The notes beneath the pieces are model-generated. The model did not search any database. It was not told the origin of the DNA and worked only from the letters and a program-made list of their open reading frames with translations. From positions 1-60,296 of the forward strand of contig CACKCD010000001.1 of the NCBI GenBank assembly GCA_902598595.1: DNA of 60,296 bases, in the 5' to 3' direction. Position numbers and translations under genes: made by a program. The DNA comes from an uncultured Pelagibacteraceae bacterium. GTDB taxonomy: Bacteria; Pseudomonadota; Alphaproteobacteria; Pelagibacterales; Pelagibacteraceae. This document shows, one piece after another, positions 54,436 to 60,296 of this stretch. How positions within the stretch are numbered: position 1 is the stretch's first letter; every line of letters begins with the position of its first letter.

Positions 54436-55425
54436 CTAACGACCAATTTCAGTCATTCTAATTACAGATTTTCGAGCAGCTTCGATAGTTTTATCATCTA
54501 ATAGTATTTCGTTTTTTTCATTTTCTAAACAGTCTAAAATTTTCTCTAAGTTTATTTTCTTCATGTAAGGGCATAAATTACAAGGTTTGATAAATGATAC
54601 GTTTGGATTATCTGCTTCAACGTTATCACTCATTGAACATTCAGTAACAAGCATAACTTTTTTAGGTTGATTATCTCTTACGTATTTTACCATGCCAGAA
54701 GTAGATCCTGCAAAATCTGAAGCCTTAATCACATCTGGCGGACACTCAGGATGTGCAATAATTTTAATGCCTGGGTTTTGAGATTTAATATCTTCAATTT
54801 CTTTTCCTGTAAATTGTTCGTGAACTATACAAGTTCCTTTCCATGAAATGATTTTAACTTTAGTATTTTTTGAAACATAATCTGCGAGATATTGGTCGGG
54901 AAGAAAAATAACTTTATCAACATTAAGTGACTCAACAACCTTTACAGCATTAGCAGATGTACAACACACATCTGTTTCAGCCTTAACATCAGCTGATGTG
55001 TTCACATAAGAAACAACTGGAACACCTGGGTATTTTTCTTTTAATAATCTTACATCTTTTCCAGTGATTGAACTTGCTAAAGAACATCCGGCTTGCATAT
55101 CTGGCAAATAAACTTTTTTATTAGGGCTCATTAATTTTGCCGTTTCGGCCATAAAGTGAACTCCACACAAAATAATCTTATCTGCAGAAGTTTTAGAAGC
55201 CTCCACAGCAAGAGCAAGTGAGTCAGCAGCAATATCTGCTACCCCATGATAAATTTCTGGTGTTTGATAATTATGTGCAAGAATTATCGCATTTTTTTCT
55301 TTTTTTAATTTATTAATTTTTTCAATTAATGGAGCGTGAATCTTCCATTCAGCATCAGGTATAAATTTAGAGATCTTTTTATAGATTTCTTTTGAACTAG
55401 GTAAACTTTGTTGCTGTACAGACAT
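54436..55425 (-). CDS. nadA: Quinolinate synthase
   Basis: LAHNYQ, CGVHFMAE, AGCSLA, HPEC and CPYM. Confidence 0.97.
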   Translation of the reverse strand: MSVQQQSLPSSKEIYKKISKFIPDAEWKIHAPLIEKINKLKKEKNAIILAHNYQTPEIYHGVADIAADSLALAVEASKTSADKIILCGVHFMAETAKLMSPNKKVYLPDMQAGCSLASSITGKDVRLLKEKYPGVPVVSYVNTSADVKAETDVCCTSANAVKVVESLNVDKVIFLPDQYLADYVSKNTKVKIISWKGTCIVHEQFTGKEIEDIKSQNPGIKIIAHPECPPDVIKASDFAGSTSGMVKYVRDNQPKKVMLVTECSMSDNVEADNPNVSFIKPCNLCPYMKKINLEKILDCLENEKNEILLDDKTIEAARKSVIRMTEIGR

Positions 55426-55486
55426 ACTTATTCTAATCTATCAACTTGAACTAAAATTGTCATTCATTTATTGTCGCATAATATAG

Positions 55487-55570
55487 GCGGTCGTGCTGAA
55501 ATTGGTAGACAGGCACGCTTGAGGGGCGTGTGGGTTTCCCGTGAGAGTTCGAGTCTCTCCGACCGCACCA
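55487..55570 (+). tRNA. tRNA-Leu(GAG)
   Basis: GCGGTCG/CGACCGC acceptor stem, CACGC-TTGAGGG-GCGTG anticodon arm, long variable arm, CCA. Confidence 0.96.
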
Positions 55571-55585
55571 AAATAAGGAGCAATT

Positions 55586-55702
55586 ATGGAATTTTTTCAT
55601 AAACATAAAAAGATAATATTAATTGTTTTAATAGTTTTGTTTATAGAGTTAAGCGGATATGGAATTTTAGCTTCTTTATCAAGGCTGTTAAGCGCTTTAT
55701 AA
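55586..55702 (+). CDS. 38-aa small membrane protein, unknown function
   Basis: AAGGAG 5 nt before ATG; MEFFHKHKKIILIVLIVLFIELSGYGILASLSRLLSAL; fills the interval between tRNA-Leu and the next promoter. Confidence 0.65.
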   Translation: MEFFHKHKKIILIVLIVLFIELSGYGILASLSRLLSAL

Positions 55703-55710
55703 TTAACTTG

Positions 55711-55739
55711 TTGACTGTAAAGGCGTAATCTAATTAAAT
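55711..55739 (+). promoter_or_regulatory. Putative sigma70 promoter giving a leaderless CBS-protein mRNA
   Basis: TTGACT-17 nt-TTAAAT ending 6 nt before the ATG at 55746. Confidence 0.4.
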
Positions 55740-55745
55740 AATAGT

Positions 55746-56174
55746 ATGCCTGGTAAATTAGTTAGCAGGATGTCCGAACGAAAATGTTTTACTTTAAGTG
55801 AAACTGATACAATAAAATCTGCTAGCCAAAACTTCGATGAAAAAAAAGTTGGCTGTATGCCAGTTTTAGATAAAAACAAAAATGTCATAGGAATTTTATC
55901 AGAGAGAGATCTGTCGAGATGTATTTATACAGAAAAATTTAATTTAACTATGCCGATAACTCTTTTAATGACAAAAAATCTAGTTACTTGTGATCTTAAT
56001 ACTTCTGTAACTGAATTAATGGATGAAATGACCGAAAAAAAAATAAGACATATTTTAATTATGGATAGTAATAAACTTCTTGGAATAGTTTCAATAGGAG
56101 ATGTAGTCAATCATTTAATAAGTAAAATTAAAGAAGAAAATAAAAATTTAAAGGATTATATTAATAGTTATTGA
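55746..56174 (+). CDS. CBS domain pair protein
   Basis: IGILSERDL, MTKNLVTC, KKIRHI and GIVSIGDVV. Confidence 0.92.
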   Translation: MPGKLVSRMSERKCFTLSETDTIKSASQNFDEKKVGCMPVLDKNKNVIGILSERDLSRCIYTEKFNLTMPITLLMTKNLVTCDLNTSVTELMDEMTEKKIRHILIMDSNKLLGIVSIGDVVNHLISKIKEENKNLKDYINSY

Positions 56175-56618
56175 TTAGTGACAAGACTCGTTAAATTTTT
56201 TTAATCTCCAATAATTATAAGGCCAAGGTGTTAAGAAGCCAGCAGTAAGCATAAAAGGTATCACCCACCAAGTTAATTTTGCATCACCTACTAAAAGATA
56301 ATCCACCAAATTCATCGCAACTTCCATACTTATCATTGAAATGAAACTCATTCCTAAAGCTGTTTTTAAAGCTTCCGAAAACATAAATTTTTGTTTCATT
56401 AAAATAATTGTTTCAAGAATAATACTTGTAATTAATCCATTGATTATTGCTAAAATCATTATTCCTAGAACTGCAAATGGTATTTTTGTTAATTGAAAAA
56501 ATAAAATAGTTCCAAAATCTCCTATTGAACATCCTAATAAACACCATAGAGTATTCTTGGCACTTAATTTCCAAGTGTGATTACATGACCAATCAAAATT
56601 TTCATTTGTGGTTTTCAT
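56175..56618 (-). CDS. DUF4396 family membrane protein
   Basis: TLWCLLGCSIGD, SMISMEVAMN and AGFLTPWPYNYW. Confidence 0.8.
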   Translation of the reverse strand: MKTTNENFDWSCNHTWKLSAKNTLWCLLGCSIGDFGTILFFQLTKIPFAVLGIMILAIINGLITSIILETIILMKQKFMFSEALKTALGMSFISMISMEVAMNLVDYLLVGDAKLTWWVIPFMLTAGFLTPWPYNYWRLKKFNESCH

Positions 56619-57490
56619 GATACTATTTCCGCATTACTATCATTAATTTTTAGCTTTTTATCTTTAAATACTAAAAACTCTGGATCAAATAACTTAATAA
56701 GCGCAAAAGGATAAGGTTTATCAATCAAGATTCTTCCTATTACACTATCATTGTATTTGATTTCATCACCAATTTTTACATTTTTTTCTGTTTTAATAGA
56801 CATCAATTGCCTTCTGATTTTATTTTTTAGTTTCATTCTGGCAGTATTTTCTTGCCCAACATAACAACCTTTTTTAAAATCTATTGCATTTAATTTTTCA
56901 AAATTAATTTCAAGTCCAAATAATTGTTCTTTCAAATTAACTAAACCCTCAACTGGAATTCCTTTAAGAAAAGCTTTTTTAATATAGGAGTTATTTTCTA
57001 CAATCTTTAAATTAAGTTTTTTTATCGTTAAGTAGAGTTTTTCTAAAGGAGATATTATTCTTGCTCCAAGATCATTATCCCTTGGATCAACAAAAATTGG
57101 GCTTTCTCTATATTCAAGGGTTGTTTCTTCTTTTTTTAACTCCTTTTGAATTATTTTAAAATTATCTAAATTCATTACTCCCACAACATAGTTTAATGAC
57201 AAATCTTTTATCTCTACCTGTGATCTAATTTTGTATTTAGATAAATTAGCAATAAGTTCTTTTAAAGAATTTCCATCACAATCTAGCAAATAACCTTCAT
57301 CTTGCTTGATTACAAAAAAGTCAAAAAGATATTTACCCTGAGGACTCAATAACGCAGCAAAGACTGAGCTAATTTTAGATACTTTATTGATATCATTCGT
57401 AATTATGTTTTGAAGATATTCTTTAGCATCTTCCCCAGTGATAGATATTAATCCTCTATTTTTTAAAATAATAATCTGGTCTTTTTCCAT
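56615..57490 (-). CDS. ygfZ: Folate-binding Fe-S maturation factor YgfZ
   Basis: KGCYVGQE signature; GcvT-like N-terminus. Confidence 0.93.
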   Translation of the reverse strand: MEKDQIIILKNRGLISITGEDAKEYLQNIITNDINKVSKISSVFAALLSPQGKYLFDFFVIKQDEGYLLDCDGNSLKELIANLSKYKIRSQVEIKDLSLNYVVGVMNLDNFKIIQKELKKEETTLEYRESPIFVDPRDNDLGARIISPLEKLYLTIKKLNLKIVENNSYIKKAFLKGIPVEGLVNLKEQLFGLEINFEKLNAIDFKKGCYVGQENTARMKLKNKIRRQLMSIKTEKNVKIGDEIKYNDSVIGRILIDKPYPFALIKLFDPEFLVFKDKKLKINDSNAEIVS

Positions 57491-57526
57491 AATAATAGAT
57501 TATATTGTATAATAATTTTTTTAAAT

Positions 57527-58846
57527 ATGTCTGATAATTATAGCCTCATCATTAAAAACGGATCTTGTTATATAAGTGGCAAATTGGTCAAAACAGATTT
57601 AGGTTTATCAGGAAAAAAAATTAAAAAAATAGGTAAAATAGAGCTAAATAGCTCTAAAGTTTTTGATGCAACAAACAAAGTAATTCTTCCAGGAATAATT
57701 GACACTCAAGTTCATTTCCGCGAACCTGGATCAACAGATGCAGAGGATTTAGAAAGCGGTAGTAGAGCAGCTGTATTGGGAGGTGTTACTTCCTTATTTG
57801 AAATGCCAAACACAAATCCTCCTACTTCTAATTTAGTCGAGTTTGAAAAAAAACTACAATTGGCAAAAGATAGAATGCATAGTAATTATGCTTTTTACTT
57901 TGGGGCAACACCAGAAAATACTGAACAATTATCTCATCTTAAAAATCTTAAAGGATGTTGTGGCATTAAACTTTTCGCAGGATCATCAACAGGAAATTTA
58001 TTAGTTGATAAGGAAGCAGATATTGAAAAAGTTATTTCAAAAGCTGATAGAATAGTTTCAATTCATTCAGAAGATGAAGAAATATTAAATTTAAGAAAAA
58101 AATTTATAAAAAAAGGGGATGTTCATTCACACCCTGAATGGAGAAATGCTGAGACAGCAATGTCTTCAACTCGTAGAGTTGTTAAAATTGCCGAACGATA
58201 TAATAAAAAAATTCATGTTTTGCATGTAACAACAAAAGAAGAAGTAGATTTTCTTGCAATGCATAAAAAGAATGTAACCTTTGAAACTACCCCTCAACAT
58301 TTAACTTTATACGCCCCAGAATGCTACGATAAATTAGGGACATATGCTCAGATGAATCCTCCTTTAAGAACAAAAGATCATTACGATCGATTATGGACAG
58401 CTATAAAGAATAATATTGTAGACGTTTTAGGATCTGATCATGCACCGCATACTAAAAAAAATAAACAAAAAGAATATCCTAATTCACCTTCGGGAATGCC
58501 AGGAGTTCAAACTATATTTCCAGTGATGTTAGATCATGTTAATAATAATAAACTTACTTTAGAACAATTAATAAAGTTGATGTGTGAAAATCCATGTAGA
58601 ATATTTGGGATCAAAGACAAGGGTTTTATCAAAGAAAACTTTGATGCTGACTTGACCATAGTAGACATGAATAAAGAACAAGTCATTAAAGATGAAATAA
58701 TTGCAAGTAAATGTGGTTGGACTCCATTTAATAACTATAAAGTAAAAGGATTTCCTATTGCGACAATTGTTAATGGTTCAATAGTAATGGAAAATGGTAA
58801 AATAGTTTCTAATCAAGTCGGCAAACCTCTTGATTTTAAATTATGA
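57527..58846 (+). CDS. pyrC: Dihydroorotase
   Basis: DTQVHFREPG, EMPNTNP, MNPPLR and GSDHAPH. Confidence 0.92.
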   Translation: MSDNYSLIIKNGSCYISGKLVKTDLGLSGKKIKKIGKIELNSSKVFDATNKVILPGIIDTQVHFREPGSTDAEDLESGSRAAVLGGVTSLFEMPNTNPPTSNLVEFEKKLQLAKDRMHSNYAFYFGATPENTEQLSHLKNLKGCCGIKLFAGSSTGNLLVDKEADIEKVISKADRIVSIHSEDEEILNLRKKFIKKGDVHSHPEWRNAETAMSSTRRVVKIAERYNKKIHVLHVTTKEEVDFLAMHKKNVTFETTPQHLTLYAPECYDKLGTYAQMNPPLRTKDHYDRLWTAIKNNIVDVLGSDHAPHTKKNKQKEYPNSPSGMPGVQTIFPVMLDHVNNNKLTLEQLIKLMCENPCRIFGIKDKGFIKENFDADLTIVDMNKEQVIKDEIIASKCGWTPFNNYKVKGFPIATIVNGSIVMENGKIVSNQVGKPLDFKL

Positions 58847-59340
58847 AAAAACTGATACTTATTTTTATTTTTATTCCTAACATTCTTTTTGCCGGGTCCA
58901 TGAAAGCAATAGGCGCTAAAGGAAATGAAGAAAATGTTGATAGAGTGATCAAAGTTACGATGTATGACAACTATTATCAGCCGAATAGTTTCAAGGTTAA
59001 TAAGAATGAGACAATTAAATTTGAAGTAGAAAATAAAGGCGAGCTAGTTCACGAATTTAATATAGCTACCAAAGAAATGCATTTAAAGCATCAACCAGAA
59101 ATGATGATGATGGTAGAACACGAAATACTTTTAGCTGATAGAATTGATAAAAAAAAAATGATGGAAATGTCCAAAAAAAACCCTGCTATGGCACACTCAC
59201 ATTCTAATAGTGTTTTACTTTCACCTGGAGAAAAAGCTGAACTGATTTGGAAATTTAGCAACACTGTAGATATAGAAGCTGCGTGTAATGTACCTGGTCA
59301 CTACGAAGTTGGAATGATAGCTAAAATAAATAATATATAA
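58843..59340 (+). CDS. Periplasmic cupredoxin with His/Met-rich insert (CopI-like)
   Basis: Signal peptide; HEF plus CNVPGHYEVGM type-1 copper ligands; MHLKHQPEMMMMVEH and MAHSH. Confidence 0.85.
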   Translation: MKKLILIFIFIPNILFAGSMKAIGAKGNEENVDRVIKVTMYDNYYQPNSFKVNKNETIKFEVENKGELVHEFNIATKEMHLKHQPEMMMMVEHEILLADRIDKKKMMEMSKKNPAMAHSHSNSVLLSPGEKAELIWKFSNTVDIEAACNVPGHYEVGMIAKINNI

Positions 59341-59341
59341 T

Positions 59342-60296
59342 TTAACTTTTTAAAATATTATTATCTTTAAGATCTTGTTTAATTTCATCTAAAATAGCTG
59401 GATCATCAATTGTAGCTGGCATTTTATAAGGCTCATTATCTGCTATTTTTCTTACTGTTCCTCTTAATATTTTTCCTGATCTTGTTTTAGGAAGTCTTTT
59501 AACAACAATTGCAATTTTAAAAGCTGCAACTGGACCTACTTTATCTCTAACCATTTTTACACATTCTGTAATTATTTCTTTTTTATCTTTTGTAACGCCA
59601 GCCTTTAAAGCAAGCAATCCAATAGGCAATTGACCTTTTAGTTTATCGGCAATACCAAGGACAGCACACTCTGCAACATCTTTATGTTCAGCTAAAACTT
59701 CTTCAATTGCTCCAGTAGACAATCTATGACCTGCAACATTTATAATATCATCAGTTCTAGACATGATCCAAACATAACCATCTTCATCTATATGACCTGC
59801 GTCGTAAGTTAAATAGTAGCCTGGATAAGTAGACATATAATTTTCTTTATATCTTTTGTCTGCACCCCAAAGTGTTGGAAAAGTACCTGGAGGAAGAGGA
59901 AGTTTTACTACAATGTCACCCATTTTTCCTGGACCTACTTCCTTACCGTCTGAGTTTAATACTTTTAGATCGTAACCGGGTACCGGTTTAAATGCAGAAC
60001 CATATTTTACAGGAAAAGACTCTATTCCCGTACAATCTGATGTAATTGCCCAGCTTGTTTCAGTTTGCCACCAATGATCAATTACCGGAGAACCTGAAAG
60101 TTTTTCAAACCATTTTATTGTATCTGGATCTGCTCTTTCACCAGCAAGAAAAAGTTTTTCAAAATTACTCAAATTATATTTTTTAAAAAATTCACCATTA
60201 GGATCCTCTTTTTTTATCGCTCGAATTGCTGTTGGTGCAGTAAACAAAGATTTAACTTTATGTTCTGAGATAACTCTCCAAAAAACACCAGCATCA
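59342..60296 (-). CDS. prpE: Propionyl-CoA synthetase (acyl-CoA synthetase), 5' part beyond the window
   Basis: FTAPTAIRAIK, AGERAD, DHWWQTET, RTDDIINVAGHRLST and LPKTRSGKILR. Confidence 0.9.
   Translation of the reverse strand, partial: DAGVFWRVISEHKVKSLFTAPTAIRAIKKEDPNGEFFKKYNLSNFEKLFLAGERADPDTIKWFEKLSGSPVIDHWWQTETSWAITSDCTGIESFPVKYGSAFKPVPGYDLKVLNSDGKEVGPGKMGDIVVKLPLPPGTFPTLWGADKRYKENYMSTYPGYYLTYDAGHIDEDGYVWIMSRTDDIINVAGHRLSTGAIEEVLAEHKDVAECAVLGIADKLKGQLPIGLLALKAGVTKDKKEIITECVKMVRDKVGPVAAFKIAIVVKRLPKTRSGKILRGTVRKIADNEPYKMPATIDDPAILDEIKQDLKDNNILKS

Overview
Very AT-rich, extremely gene-dense alphaproteobacterial DNA. Gene content, gene order and a stand-alone 5S rRNA point to Pelagibacterales (SAR11). 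Bases 1-5145 are the right end of a cell-surface glycan island of the HVR2/O-chain type: an epimerase, tRNA-Val, then a five-gene cassette (deacetylase, GT2, acyl carrier protein, GNAT, AprA-MT1-like methyltransferase), closed by 5S rRNA. The rest is mostly core genome: rpmJ, pntAAB, tal, typA, tRNA-fMet, cspA, rpsU, rpmE, suhB, efp, thiE, fba/pgk/tkt, zapA, ygfA, ymdB, yebC, an atypical RuvC-fold resolvase, tol-pal, tilS, ftsH, folP, glmM, thiD, purA, rpoH, rluD, tRNA-Arg(UCG), a small GT17/FkbM/oxygenase/ABC block, tsaC, xseB, ispA, dxs, aroC, pdxH, ispB, an S49 peptidase, glyQS, ppdK, nadAC, tRNA-Leu, ygfZ, pyrC, a cupredoxin and a partial prpE. The best candidate for a new system is the stand-alone methyltransferase + GNAT + ACP trio, which resembles a dissected polyketide loading module placed in a glycan locus. 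Other oddities are rpsU with an ATT start behind a strong Shine-Dalgarno, tRNA-Arg(UCG), a MOC1/phage-type resolvase where ruvCAB normally sits, and the absence of gap, 6S RNA and nadB from their usual positions. I saw no CRISPR array, integrase or transposase. All family assignments come from motif recognition by eye; no searches were run.
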